A stretch of DNA of 64,000 bases. Origin: an uncultured Methanosarcinaceae archaeon (GTDB taxonomy: Archaea; Halobacteriota; Methanosarcinia; Methanosarcinales; Methanosarcinaceae). The stretch covers positions 256,001-320,000 of the forward strand of contig CAVTET010000012.1 of NCBI GenBank assembly GCA_963733675.1, given 5' to 3'. Positions 1 through 12,147 of this stretch are shown piece after piece. Within the stretch, counting starts at the first letter, position 1. Each line of letters opens with the position of its first letter. The notes under the pieces were generated by a model. The model did not search any database. It was not told the DNA's origin and worked only from the letters and a program-made list of their open reading frames with translations. Position numbers and translations under genes: made by a program.

Positions 1-2
1 CT

Positions 3-497
3 TTTGCTCTAGGAAAACTTTTTGAGGGCGGACTCCTGATTCTCTTTAGCGGAGTCCTTGATGCTTTTGATGGAGGGGTTGCGAGAGCAAAAGGCATAAT
101 AACTCCTTTTGGAAGTGTGCTTGATTCGGTATGTGACCGTTACTCTGATGGGCTGATGTTTCTAGGGATTATAGCCGGAGCAGTAAATGGCAGGCTTGTG
201 CTTTCCCCTATTATACAAATTGAAGGATGGCTCTGGGCAGGCTTCGCTCTTATAGGGTCTTTTCTGGTAAGTTATACCCGAGCGCGCGCTGAGTCCGAAG
301 GCTGCAGAAAACTGTCTGTTGGAATTGCTGAACGTGCTGAAAGAATGATCATACTGGCCTTAGGCGCTCTTTCAGGTTTTCTTGGATGGGCTCTTGTGTT
401 GATAACTGTATTTTCTCATATTACTATTATACAGCGTGTATTACGGGCAAAAAGAATACTTAATAGGCCCTCAGAACCGGGTGTTCAAAAACCATAA
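3..497 (+). CDS. CDP-alcohol phosphatidyltransferase (archaetidylinositol-phosphate synthase-like), 5' end outside window
   Basis: Frame open from base 3; DAFDGGVARAKG...GSVLDSVCDR matches DxxDGxxAR-x8-GxxxDxxxD; SYTRARAE and GIAERAER motifs. Confidence 0.9.
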   Translation, partial: FALGKLFEGGLLILFSGVLDAFDGGVARAKGIITPFGSVLDSVCDRYSDGLMFLGIIAGAVNGRLVLSPIIQIEGWLWAGFALIGSFLVSYTRARAESEGCRKLSVGIAERAERMIILALGALSGFLGWALVLITVFSHITIIQRVLRAKRILNRPSEPGVQKP

Positions 498-1307
498 CGA
501 TACCCTATAAATATAAACGATATTCCAACACAGATTTGACAGATTTGAATTCTAAAGAATAAAGTGGAATGTGATAAAATTTAAACATAAACTGCAGGAG
601 TATTTTTATGCTATGGAAGTGATAGAATTTCACGTTCACATATTCCTGAAATTCCATCCAAGCAGCTCTCATTAGAAGTAGTCCAGTAAATGAAAGGAAG
701 TAATTCTTACAGACTTTCAAGATTTATCCCAAACTGAAAAACGATATTATTATAAGAGTCTATGTTGAAGTGGCAATTTTCATAGTTTAGCTATAAATGT
801 TATATTTGACACAATAAAAAAGTATCAAAAAGCTGAAAGTAGAATTATAAATCATGTAAAAAATCATGTAAATAAAGTAACGTAGGTCAAAAAATAATCT
901 GAAATTTTTTATTTTCGACAAACTGAGTGGACAGTTGGAAGGATGCGCCATCCTTTATTAGGGTTGGTTGCTGCACCCAATTTGAGTTCATGCTGCAACA
1001 TCTTCTATCAGTTCTCTCGAATATGCAACCAATGATCTAATATAATAAATGCAAAACTAAAATTTCTTCAAATGATACTATTTTTAGTTATAGAAAGTTT
1101 AGATAACCCCTTATTGTTTCGATTTATTTATGCATCATTTATAAGAATGGCTAAATGTTTGAGTTTGTCGAAATCTTCCCTATGCTATTTTCCAGGGATT
1201 TGTGTTTTATATTATTAAGCCAGTATAGACTGGCATCCTTATGGAATTATAGTCATGTATTCAATCGGTATCCGTACTTAATGATTAAATTTCTAGAGTG
1301 ATGGGTT

Positions 1308-2645
1308 TTGAGCGAACTTGAAAAACTGATAAACCTAGCAAAAAAAGCGGCTGAAAAGATTCAAAAATACAGGTTTGTGCGCATAATCTCACATAATGAT
1401 GCTGACGGGCTAACTTCAGCCGGGATAATGGCCCAAGCCCTTCTTAGGGCAGGTATTCGCTTCCAGATTTCGATATCTGAAAAGCTGGATGAATCTTTGA
1501 TTGAAAAAGTAAATGGAAGCATTTCACAGGGAGAACTTGTAATCTTCTGCGATATGGGAAGTGGGCAACCTGAACTTATAGCTAATGTTGTAACTGACGT
1601 TATAGTGCTTGATCATCACAATCCAGTAGGTGCATCTCATGCAGAGTCAGTGGTTAATGCTCATATTGTAGGAATTGACGGGGCTACTGACATCTCTGCT
1701 TCAGGCACCTGCTATCTGGTAGCTAGGGAACTCGGTGCAGACAATGTCGATCTTGCAGGGTTGGCTATTGCAGGGGCAGTCAGTGATAGGCAGCTTTTTA
1801 ATACGGCGAATGCTTTCATTCTTGAGGAAGCCCTAAAAGCAGGGATTGTGTCCATCCGAAAGGGACTGAAAGTAGGGGATGGAGACCTTGAAGACGTACT
1901 TGCATACAGCGTCGAACCTTTCCTTGACATCACCGGTTACCCTCAAAAAGTAAAAGAATTCCTGAAGCAGCTCGACATTTCAGGAAATATTGAAGAACTT
2001 TCTGAGGAGGCAGTCTATAGACTTGTCAATGCTATTGCACTGAAGCTCGTCAGGAAAGCTAGTCCGGAAGCTACAGAGGCTGTTATAGGAGAGGTTTTAC
2101 TTCTTAACAGGGAACTTATAAAAAATGTTTACGATTTTATATCGCTCCTCCATACATGTGGAAGACAAAATGTCTATGGATTGGCCTTGGCAATCTGTCT
2201 GAAGGATCAGGGAGTAGTCGATGAAGTACTTTCTCTCGCAAAAGAAAATAAGAAAAAAATTGCCATCGATATTAGGGAAAATGTAGAAAAAATTCGCAAA
2301 GGGGATAATATCTGGTACATCAACACTGTTGATGCACTTTCTACCGGTAACCTTGCAAGTACTATTGTCCGCTATCTTCATCCGGAACTTCCCGCGATCT
2401 GTATAAATGAATCGGAAGGTATACTGAAGGTATCTGCTAGGGGCACCCGTGAACTTGTTTCACAAGGCCTGGATCTTTCATTTGCTATAAAGGAAGCTGC
2501 ATCTAGAGTCGGTGGAAGCGGAGGTGGACATAGTGTAGCTTCTGGTGCTTCAATCCCCCTTGGGAATGCAGATAAATTCTTGAGTACTGTAGATAAAATA
2601 ATAGGATTTCAGCTCCAAAAACAAAATAAAGGTAAAACGAAATAG
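1308..2645 (+). CDS. DHH/DHHA1 phosphoesterase (archaeal RecJ-like)
   Basis: SHNDADG, DMGS, LDHH and C-terminal GGSGGGH motifs; upstream of pcc1. Confidence 0.9.
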   Translation: MSELEKLINLAKKAAEKIQKYRFVRIISHNDADGLTSAGIMAQALLRAGIRFQISISEKLDESLIEKVNGSISQGELVIFCDMGSGQPELIANVVTDVIVLDHHNPVGASHAESVVNAHIVGIDGATDISASGTCYLVARELGADNVDLAGLAIAGAVSDRQLFNTANAFILEEALKAGIVSIRKGLKVGDGDLEDVLAYSVEPFLDITGYPQKVKEFLKQLDISGNIEELSEEAVYRLVNAIALKLVRKASPEATEAVIGEVLLLNRELIKNVYDFISLLHTCGRQNVYGLALAICLKDQGVVDEVLSLAKENKKKIAIDIRENVEKIRKGDNIWYINTVDALSTGNLASTIVRYLHPELPAICINESEGILKVSARGTRELVSQGLDLSFAIKEAASRVGGSGGGHSVASGASIPLGNADKFLSTVDKIIGFQLQKQNKGKTK

Positions 2646-2683
2646 GGAATATAGCTAAGTTAAAAAGGATTTAAGGAATATTT

Positions 2684-2935
2684 ATGAATATCATCGGTGC
2701 AATTGAATTTCCCAATCCTGAATCAAGAAAGTCTGCAGGTAGAATACTGCAAGCTCTTTCTCCGGATAATCTCATAAGCATGGAAAGTGAGATTAGGGAT
2801 GAGAGAGTTATTGTCCGATTTCATTCCAAGAAGATAGGTTCTCTTCTTGCAACTGTTGATGATTTTTTATTGAATGTTAAAATAGGGGAGGAAATCGAAA
2901 AGACTTTGGAAAAAGAAATAAAACTTGGAACATGA
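2684..2935 (+). CDS. pcc1: KEOPS complex Pcc1-like subunit
   Basis: 83 aa; ALSPDN and SLLATVDDFL motifs; usual position after the DHH gene. Confidence 0.75.
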   Translation: MNIIGAIEFPNPESRKSAGRILQALSPDNLISMESEIRDERVIVRFHSKKIGSLLATVDDFLLNVKIGEEIEKTLEKEIKLGT

Positions 2936-3668
2936 AAATTCAGTCTACCAAAAATCAGTTGTTTGGTATCAATTTTGATGCAATAGGTATTTATGCTTAC
3001 TAACTAATGGAAATTAATTTTCTTACAAATGGGATCTCAACTTTCATAATATAGAATATAATGAAATTCAACTGCAATGTCGTGAATCTAGTTTTAAGAT
3101 CTCTCATCTAAAAGGCTTTACAATTTATTTACAAAGATGAAGCCAGAATACTTTTAATAAAATTGGATCTTATAGAGATAATTTAGATAAACCTATATGC
3201 ATTTTAGCATTTGGGAGTTTAAATCTCTTAAACATTAATTTTTTTCATGAAAATTCGTGCTTATTTTGCTCTGAGTAAAGAATAAAAACGTCTCCATAGA
3301 TAGTGTAGTTAAAGTTTTACAAAATCTAATTGATTCTGTGTCCTTCTCATCCACTACATAAAAATGGATGCTGAGCCAACAGTTATACTAACACAAATTC
3401 TTTCCTAATTTATGGACTTTTTAATATCTTTCTTGATCTCCAAGTTTTATCATGAATCCCACAGGCATTGACTACAATAATCAAAAAACTTTTACGGTCT
3501 CTCACATTTTCTTCTGAGAATCATGTTCATGATCACATAACTTCTGCTGGATAATTTCTCAGTAGTTTTTTTTATTTTCATGCTCTTTTCCTTTATATGG
3601 GATTCAAGTTTTAATGCCAATTGCATTCTAACAAAAGGGACTAAATTGGTTATTGATTGGTTTCGAAT

Positions 3669-3692
3669 TATATATATATATATATATATATA
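3669..3692. repeat. (TA)n microsatellite
   Basis: About 12 TA units. Confidence 0.85.
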
Positions 3693-3849
3693 TTTGTATG
3701 TGAAAATTTATGAAGTTAGATCCATATCTGGGTATAGAGGATATCTGGCATTCCTTTACCATCAAAAATCTATGTAAAAAAAGTATTTTAGAATAATTTA
3801 GTGATCCACAGGATCTGGTCCAATTTTATGTAATTTAGTTCTGTACTTA

Positions 3850-4012
3850 GTAAGTTACTACTCATTTAAGTTATTACTCAGTTAAGTTACTTTAATCAAG
3901 TTACTACTTAGTTAAGTCATTACTCAGTTAAGTTACCTTAGTTAAGTTACTACTCAGTTAAGTCATTACTCAGTTAAATTACTTTAGTCAAGTTAATACT
4001 TAGTAAAGTTAT
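3850..4012. repeat. Degenerate tandem repeat of 14/16-bp monomers in a 46-bp higher-order unit
   Basis: Monomers TTAAGTTACTACTCAG / TTAAGTCATTACTCAG / TTAAGTTACYTTAG cycle about 3.3 times. Confidence 0.85.
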
Positions 4013-4141
4013 ATACCTTCTTTGTACGTCTTCTTCATACATCGGGACTGACCCTATGGACCAATTAACTATATGTAAGTAAAGGTATAAAATACTAACG
4101 ATAGAATTTTTCAGGAAAAAAAATAATGGTATAGTATTTCT

Positions 4142-4997
4142 GGTTCCGTTGCAAAAAATCCTTTCTAATGATACAATAGAATAAAACGAAAACCAAAGAT
4201 AGTAATATGCTATCTAATTCCTTTAAATGAAAGCATTATGAAGGAGAAATTATCCTATTAAATGTAAGATGGTACTTAAAATATCCATTGAGCTATAGAA
4301 ATTTAAAAGGAATGATGATAGAAAGAGGAATTCAAGTTGATCACAGTACTATAATGAGATGGGTGCATCAATATTCCCCTGAAATAGAAAAGAAGATAAG
4401 AAGACATTTAAGACCAACAAATGATTCATGGAGAGTTGATGAAACCTATATCAAAGTAAAAGGTAAATGGAAATATCTTTATCGAGCAGCTGATTCCAAT
4501 GGAGATACAATTGATTTCATGTTAAGTGCAAAACGAAACCGAAAAGCAGCGAAGAGATTCTTTAAGAAGGCTTTGAGTTCTAATCATAATCAAATTCCAA
4601 GAGTAATAACCGTTGATAAGAATCCAGCTTATCCACCTGCTATGGGTAAACTAAAAATTGATAAAATACTACCTAAAAACGTAGGCATTCGACAAATCAA
4701 GTATTTGAATAACATTATAGAACAAGATCATAGATCTATAAAGCGAATCGTTAATCCAATGTTAGGATTTCAGTCTTTTCGATCTGCTAATAAGACTTTA
4801 AAAGGAATTGAAGCTATGAATATGATCAAAAAAGAACAAGTAAATGATCTAAATTACTCTGTTCTTGGTGAAGTCAAATACATTAATCAATTGTTTGGTA
4901 TAGTTTTATAATGTTAGTACATTTTCCTTTAATATTTTGATTTGTATTCATTACTTATAGATTTACATGCCTATTTTGAATTTTTTGCAACGGAACC
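4142..4997 (+). mobile_element. IS6-family insertion sequence, copy 1
   Basis: Terminal inverted repeats GGTTCCGTTGCAAAAAA (4142) and TTTTTTGCAACGGAACC (4981-4997) around a DDE transposase. Confidence 0.95.
4207..4911 (+). pseudogene. IS6 transposase with early nonsense mutation
   Basis: MLSNSFK* with TGA at 4228 where the other copies have TGG; WRVDETY, VDKNPAY, NNIIEQDHR motifs. Confidence 0.9.
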
Positions 4998-5039
4998 AAT
5001 ATTATTATTTACAAAGCTTCGGATTTTAGATATTCATTT

Positions 5040-5070
5040 ATACATAGTCTTTGTGATAAAATCTATGTGT
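5040..5070 (+). repeat. Dispersed 31-bp palindromic site, copy A
   Basis: ATACATAG TCTTTGTGATAAAAT CTATGTGT. Confidence 0.75.
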
Positions 5071-5456
5071 AAGTGAAATCAAAAAATCCTCTTTTGTAAT
5101 GAAAGGCAGGGACGGAGAACGGTCATTTTTACAGAATTTTTAGTACACTGCCAAAATAAATCCATGATCATTTTTAGATAGTTGTTTTTAACCTTACAAT
5201 ATAGTTTTATTGGATTGTATCTGAGTCCAAACTAATTTTTTTGAGCAACTGCCTTGTAATTTAAAATGTTATTGTACTGATGGCCCTTTAAAAGTTCTGA
5301 TAAGTTCTACAAACAAAAAGAATCTCAAAGCTATTGGGATAAATTATAAAATATAATTTTTAAGTAGAAATGTTTAATTTATAACATGAAGCATTAAATC
5401 ATGTATATTTATTTAGTCATTTATTTATCATTAATTTTTAAATCAATATCAGGAGA

Positions 5457-6080
5457 TTGGATATGAACACAGCTGAATGTTATGAAGCAAGTCGATTGCA
5501 TAAATTCTTAAAGGTTTTAGTAATCACTGCGATGGTATTTTTAGTGCTAGTGGGTATCGCAGGTGCGACGAAGGATTCAGATGCTTGGAACGCCAAAGGA
5601 GTTGCTCTTGATAATTTGAATAAATCCGATAAAGCAATAAAAGCTTATGACAAAGCAATCGAAACCCACCCACGAAATGCGTCTGGTTGGTCTAATAAAA
5701 AAGATACTTTAGTTAAATTAGGCAAGTCCGGTGAAACACCGAAATGGTGGGTTAAATCGAAGAAAATTGATTCAAAAGCTTGGTACAATAAAGGAACTGA
5801 TCTATTTTACTTAGATCAATTCGATGGAGCAATAACAGCATATGACAAAGCAATTGAAATTAACCCTCAGGATTCAAATGCTTGGTACAATAAAGGCATA
5901 GCTTTAGGGAAATTAGGTAAGTTAGATGAAGCAATAAAAGCATTTGACAAAGTAATTGATATTAAACCGCATGATTCAAAAGCTTGGTACTATAAAGGAG
6001 TTGCTTTCAGCGCATTAGGCAAGTCCAATGAAGCACAAAAAGCTTGGACCAAAGCAAAAGAAATTAATTCAAAAGCTTGA
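5457..6080 (+). CDS. Secreted TPR-repeat protein, probably truncated by a nonsense mutation
   Basis: Signal peptide ending IAGA; AWYNKG TPR units; TPR frame continues past the stop (A*YNKGTLFDLNKFDEAIK). Confidence 0.85.
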   Translation: MDMNTAECYEASRLHKFLKVLVITAMVFLVLVGIAGATKDSDAWNAKGVALDNLNKSDKAIKAYDKAIETHPRNASGWSNKKDTLVKLGKSGETPKWWVKSKKIDSKAWYNKGTDLFYLDQFDGAITAYDKAIEINPQDSNAWYNKGIALGKLGKLDEAIKAFDKVIDIKPHDSKAWYYKGVAFSALGKSNEAQKAWTKAKEINSKA

Positions 6081-6697
6081 TACAATAAAGGAACTTTATT
6101 TGATCTAAATAAATTCGATGAAGCAATAAAAGATATGGTCTGGAATAACTGAGTTTACAGACACATAGTCAAAAATTATGAGATTTTCATTTTTTGCAGT
6201 GGAAACTACAGTTCCCAAAAATGGGTGATATAATCATTAATCAGATTTGTTCGATGACCCAAGGACAGAAATTGTATTCAAAAAAAACTTAATTTAGTTA
6301 TATGGTGTTTATAATAGCTTTCCTCAGGTCTTTAGAGTTTAGAACTAATTCAAGTTTAAATATAGATTGCTTTTTTAGGAAAAAGCTTAATGTTAAATTT
6401 TTGAAGATTTTCGAGAAAACTAAAAACATCATCAATATAAACTTATTTTTCAAAATTAAAATATCTTATGCGGAAGTAATTTTTGCTTAGAAACTATGTT
6501 TCGCATAATTAAAAATAGTGAAGGGAACCATTATAAAATAATAGCTTTCTAATAAATCTGTTAATGATTAGCGTACTGAGAAACTAAAAAATTATGGTTT
6601 GTATCAGATTGAATATATGAAACGAATCCAAAAATCACAGCATTAACTATAAAAAATTATTGAGGTGAACGATAAATGAGATTTATTAAAATACTAA

Positions 6698-7120
6698 CTA
6701 TTTCGCTGGTAGTCCTTTTATTACAAAGACGCCTGCTAAAATGGCTACAAAAAGAGACATCAAACTGGATACACAGAAGGTACCAATGGATAGAATAGTA
6801 TCGTGGAGTTTCAACATTATAGGCATCGCAGTGAAAATTTCAACCCTATAGACTATGGAAGTGGTTCCAAAGATGGTTGCAAAGTAAATTATGAAGAAGG
6901 AGACAATGGTAGCTTCAAAGAGGCTCACAGAATGTTGATTAATGATGGTTCCGCAGCTGACTCCCAAATCTGAAGCATATCCTTTATTGTACAAAGCGTC
7001 TGAATCCCGCGTAGCGCATGCGATACTCACTAGAAGCAAAAAAACCAACACAGTGATTCCCAAAACTGCTATGAAGGAATACCTTCTACTTGCTGTATCA
7101 TATCCTGCTTTTTTCATCAT
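6698..7120 (-). CDS. Hypothetical membrane protein with TPR-family signal leader, probably chimeric
   Basis: N-terminus MKKAGYDTASRRYSFIAVLG...ATRDSDALYNKG like neighbouring TPR genes, then unrelated hydrophobic sequence. Confidence 0.5.
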   Translation of the reverse strand: MMKKAGYDTASRRYSFIAVLGITVLVFLLLVSIACATRDSDALYNKGYASDLGVSCGTIINQHSVSLFEATIVSFFIIYFATIFGTTSIVYRVEIFTAMPIMLKLHDTILSIGTFCVSSLMSLFVAILAGVFVIKGLPAK

Positions 7121-7691
7121 TCAGCTCCAAGATGTTTGTTAAGATATAGCATAGGACAAAAATTAGGATTTTACCAAAATTTTGCATGCATATACCCAAA
7201 AAAATTAGGAGACTTTTGGCATATTATTTTTTAAAGTCTGTAGAACAGTTGAAACTTTGAACTTGAAAAGATAATACTCAAAATAATTAAAAGATAGATA
7301 AGTAGATGAAATATTAACAGAATTAAAAAAAACATTCTGTTTTGTGAAGTCTAAAAATAAATGAAAATTAAGAAATTATTTAACCTATAAATTGGATTTA
7401 TTTAATTTTTTTAGATAAAATTCCTTTCGCTATCCAAGCTATTGAATCCTGCGTCTCACCTACGATACTAACTAAGATCAAAAAAGATCAAAACAACGTT
7501 GAGAAATAATATTTGCTTAGGCTATTAAGAATATTTTTATAGTCCCAATCGAACTATCCTTTTTTATCAGCTTTTTGTGGGAGATAATGATTAAACATTA
7601 AGAATTGAAATCAAAAAAGCCACGAAGAAAAGATCGGATTTAATTGGCTTTTCTATCAAAGTAGACAGTTCTCGAGTTCCTTCCCATTGAC

Positions 7692-8777
7692 CTAGGTCGC
7701 CATTTTATTCTTCTGACTCTCCGTTTTTTCATTCTCCTCTATATCTTCAGTTGGCCCCATCAATCTAGCCAGCCATTTTGTTTCATCAAAACTTTCAAAT
7801 ATAATCTTCAAAATCAATGTCAGCGGTATGGAAAGCAGCACACCTGCAGTTCCAAGCACATAATTCCAATAGATCAGCGAAAGAAATAAGATACCTGGAG
7901 ATAATTTCAGGCCTTTACCTGCGAGTGAAGGGAATACAACGTTTTCTGCAAGCATATCAACAATTGAGATTACGATAATAATTGCAAGAGCACCTGCAGG
8001 CCCATATTTGAACAGTGCGAGCATTATGAGTGGAATAGAAGCTAGAACGAGACCAATGTAGGGGATATAACTGAATAGGAATATAAGGACGCCCCAGAGA
8101 ATCGCAAAGTCAATGCCTCCTATAAGGAGAACGACGGTAATTCCAACGGCTATGATAAGGTTTGTTTCTGCTTTTATGACAAGAAACCCTACCAAATTCT
8201 TGTCAAATTTTCTCATACTCATGTGGAGTTTGGATTGAGTTTCAAGTTCTGAATTCATTTTTCCAGGAGTATTGGAGGCATCTATCAACAAGAACGCGGT
8301 CGTAAGAATTATAATTCCAGCTGTTGTCCCGGCATTCAAAAATCCATTAATAATACTCGACATGAGAGAGATCACAGTTGATGCGATACCACGTAAAATC
8401 GAATTCGCAGAAAGCTCTCCTTGTGAGGGAATATAACGTGTGAGAATATCTATAAACCCCATCAACCGAGTTTGATAGATTGGGATCTGGTTCTCAAACT
8501 GGATTGCAGCTCCGAAAACCACTATCCCTAGGACTGCGATAATAAATGCAAATAAAAGAATCACTAGAAGAACACTCAATCCACCGGGAATACCCCGTCT
8601 TTTGAGCCAGCGGATATGGGGAGTAAGAATAAGTGCAGCAAAAACAGAGAAAAGAATGGTAGTAAGTATGGGGGCGATCGCCCTCATCCCGACAGTTAGG
8701 ATAACAATAAAAGTGCTATACATTAATATTTTAGCAGGTAACTGATTGCTGTTGATGCTCATGATTTGCGACTCCAC
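7692..8777 (-). CDS. AI-2E family transporter
   Basis: Multi-TM protein; FSYIPYIG, ENVVFP and GVLLSIPLT motifs. Confidence 0.9.
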   Translation of the reverse strand: MESQIMSINSNQLPAKILMYSTFIVILTVGMRAIAPILTTILFSVFAALILTPHIRWLKRRGIPGGLSVLLVILLFAFIIAVLGIVVFGAAIQFENQIPIYQTRLMGFIDILTRYIPSQGELSANSILRGIASTVISLMSSIINGFLNAGTTAGIIILTTAFLLIDASNTPGKMNSELETQSKLHMSMRKFDKNLVGFLVIKAETNLIIAVGITVVLLIGGIDFAILWGVLIFLFSYIPYIGLVLASIPLIMLALFKYGPAGALAIIIVISIVDMLAENVVFPSLAGKGLKLSPGILFLSLIYWNYVLGTAGVLLSIPLTLILKIIFESFDETKWLARLMGPTEDIEENEKTESQKNKMAT

Positions 8778-9476
8778 TCTATATTTTTAGAATAAGTTGA
8801 GCTTTTTTTATAAAAATTTGGCGCATATTTGATTGATTCATATCAGTGTTTTTATCTATATCTACCTTACAAATCGCTCATTTGTGCTCAGTTAAGAAAT
8901 CTGTTAAAAAGCCAAAATGACTACTGCAATAATCGATTATCTAGATTATGTTTCCATGCTTACAGAAAAAAGCAACAAAAATAATAAATTTCTTACAGAT
9001 CGTATCTTAACTGAACCAATTGGAGCCATGACGACGACATACTGAAGGTAAGATAAATAAAACACAAACAAGGCAACAAATAGGACAAGTTACAGAAACG
9101 CTATAATTTTCCAGTTTGATTTTCATGGAATCAAATCACAAATCTAGCTACCTTGTGGAATATAGTTTATAGTTTTTCGGAGCTCAGTCGTCCTTTATAA
9201 AGGCTTAATGAGGGTGCTAATAACAGAAAAGGTTGCTTACAGCGCTCGCTTGAATGTGGCTTGTAGGCCTTACTATCCAGGGTAGAGCCACGGACAAATC
9301 GACCTACGAATAACTGAAGATGTTGGCTTGCACATTGAGAATGCAGGATAGCCTACCTATTAGACAGTAGGTATTATTTTTCTCGAAGTTATTTTCCCGC
9401 TTCCCTTTACGTTTATTTCACTTGGTCAGTCAGCTTTTCACTGACTGTAGTTGCATGATCATATGCCATTCCAATC

Positions 9477-11829
9477 TCACTGTCGAGCCATGACAATACG
9501 CATCTCAGCTTCCTTGTCTTCTATCAGTTGGCCGCTCACGTCCACTGTCACGCTATGAATCTTGCCTGTGAACTCCAAAAAGGGGGGACGATAGTCTGGT
9601 GTGACTGGTGCTCCATGAACTGAGCCACAGGTTACTCCACCAGTTAACCCTAACGTAAGTGGAGTTGTCACTGGTAACATTTAGCTTGGCCGACTAACGT
9701 TCCGTCTATAAAGAGCTTAGCAATTCCAGGTGAACCCTTGCCATTAGCAAAATCTGGCTTACCGGTCACCTCAAACTCAAACCCGAGTTGATGTCTCCCT
9801 TCAGGAACATTCTCATTGAACTCTACATGATATAATGCTCTAGATACGTAATTGTGCACCCAGTGAAGTTTTCCATCTTTGATATAGAATGAATAACCGC
9901 CATCGATACCGCCATGAGAGAGCAAGATTCCTTCCACTCCCCCTGCAGGGATCTCGACATCGGCTATAATACTGTGGGGACGGTTGAGAACTTTGACTGC
10001 TGCATTTGCGGGAATCACCTGAGTTCCGGGATAATAGGTGTAGCGTGTTCTTTGGACTGCAATCTGTGGTCGATCATCGACAAAACGTAGAACTCCTCGA
10101 CCATCGATAGGTAGTACGTTATACTTTCCGGCTTCTGCATACCAGGTGGCAACCATCTCAATTAACTTTGGTCGATTATCTGTAGCAATATTGTAGTTCT
10201 CTGCCCAATCCTTCTCAATGTGGTAAAGCTCCCAGCCTTTTGCATCGAGCTCAGTCAATGTATCTGCAGAAATCGGTTCGCCGAAGAATTTCCCTGCTTC
10301 AGTGAACGAAGGACCAGGCCACGGACATACGGCACGCCAGCCATCATGATACAGTGAGCGGTGTCCCATCATCTCGAAGTACTGGGTGTGGTGCTTGGTT
10401 GGTGCATTGGAATCGTCGAAGGTATGTGCAAAACTTACCCCTTCGATAGGTGATTGACTTACACCTTTGATAACCATCGGAGGTTCGAGCCCTAGGCACT
10501 CCATAATTGTAGGTAACATATCGATAGCGTGGGCATACTGAGTGCGAATCTGGCCTTTAGCCTTAATTCCTCTGGGCCAGTGGACTATAAAGGGATCACT
10601 GACACCACCACGGTAGGTCTCTCGTTTCCAGCGGCGGAAGGGTGTATTTCCAGCCCAAGTCCAGCCCCATGCATAATGATTATAAGTCTCTGGGCCCTCA
10701 AGTTTATCTAGGGCTGCGAGATTTTCCTCTACAGATTCAGGTACATTATTTAAAAACCTGGACTTGTTAATTGATCCAGTAGGACCACCTTCAGAGCTTG
10801 CTCCGTTATCTGAAATTACCATTATCAACGTATTCTCAAACTCACCAATATCTTTGAGAAATTGCAACAACCGACCAATGTGGTAATCGGTGTGTTCAAG
10901 GAACCCAGCAAAGACTCCCATCATACGGGCATAGAGTATCTTCTCCTCAGGTGTGCATTGGTCCCAGGGTTTGACATCTGGATCATGGCGAGATAGCTCA
11001 GTTTCTTTTGGAACGATACCCAGTCCTTTCTGCCGGCCTAATGTCTTCTCCCGGTAAACGTCCCACCCATCATCGAACTTACCTTTGTATTTATCTGCCC
11101 ACTCCTTAGGAACATGATGAGGAGCATGCGTTGCTCCTGGACAGAAGTACATGAAAAAAGGTTTGCTGGGTGCTATTTGTTTGGAATCAGCAATGAACTG
11201 GATGGACTTGTTCACTATATCCTCATTCAAGGTGTAGCCTTCTTCTGGAGTTTTGGGAGGGTCTATAGAATGATTGTCGTAATCAGCTCAGGGTAATACT
11301 GGTTTGTATCACCTCCTAAAAAGCCATAGAAGAGCTCAAAACCTCTTCCCAAAGGCCAACGGTCATAAGGTCCGGCTGCAGACATCTGTTCAGCAGGTGT
11401 CAGATGCCATTTGCCGATTGCAGAGGTGTTGTAACCGCATTGCAGAAGCATCTCCGACAAAAAACCATTTTCATAAGGTATATTACCGTTGTAGCCTGGA
11501 AAGCCAGTTGATCCTTCAGTGATACATGCCATGTTATTCGAATGATGGTTTCGGCCGGTAATTATGCACGAACGGCTAGGAAAGCACAGCGCAGTGGTAT
11601 GCATATTGGAATAGGCCAGGCCTCTCGCGGCCAAACTATCAAGGTTGGGTGTATTTATAGGACTACCATAGCATCCAAGTTGTCCAAATCCAGTGTCATC
11701 CAGCACAATGAACAGTACGTTAGGAGCGCCCTCTTTAGCTTGCAGTGGCTCTGGCCAAGCTGACCCCGACTGGTCTTCTGTACGTCCAATTACGCCTGGA
11801 AAAGTGGTTCCTGGTTTGTATTCTTTCAT
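9477..11829 (-). pseudogene. Cys-type arylsulfatase, frameshifted into three pieces (copy 1)
   Basis: PNVLFIVLDD, CFPSRSCIITGR, GKWHL and SDNG motifs spread over ORFs 11263-11922, 9668-11230 and 9477-9680. Confidence 0.92.
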
Positions 11830-12147
11830 TGACACATCTTTTCCTCCAATCGCTAATTGACATTTTGTAAAGCTCTGAAAGAGAAGGCTAAATAGGGGAA
11901 AAAACTTTATTATTTTGACCATTTTTTGTTAGAATTCGTAATTTGGCATGTCCACGAGTTTTTGAAAATTATAACCATAAGGCTCGTCCTACATTTATCT
12001 AAAAATGGGAAAAGCACTTGTTTTTCATATTTTATCAATGACTCAAGGATATGACTCACAATTTCTTGCCTGAAGATCAATTATTAAAAAAATAAAGTGG
12101 TTTCCAGAAAGTTTACTCTTGGTAGAAACTGATTCGTTTGGTGGACT

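Noticed and set aside
3170-3202. Further degenerate copies of the 31-bp site (also about 3745-3778 and 54650-54665)
   Set aside because: Only one arm matches, so they cannot be told from AT-rich background by eye.
3290-3630. Possible decayed GNAT acetyltransferase on the minus strand
   Set aside because: Too degraded to support without a search.
3850-4012. CRISPR array
   Set aside because: Monomers are contiguous with no unique spacers, and there are no cas genes.
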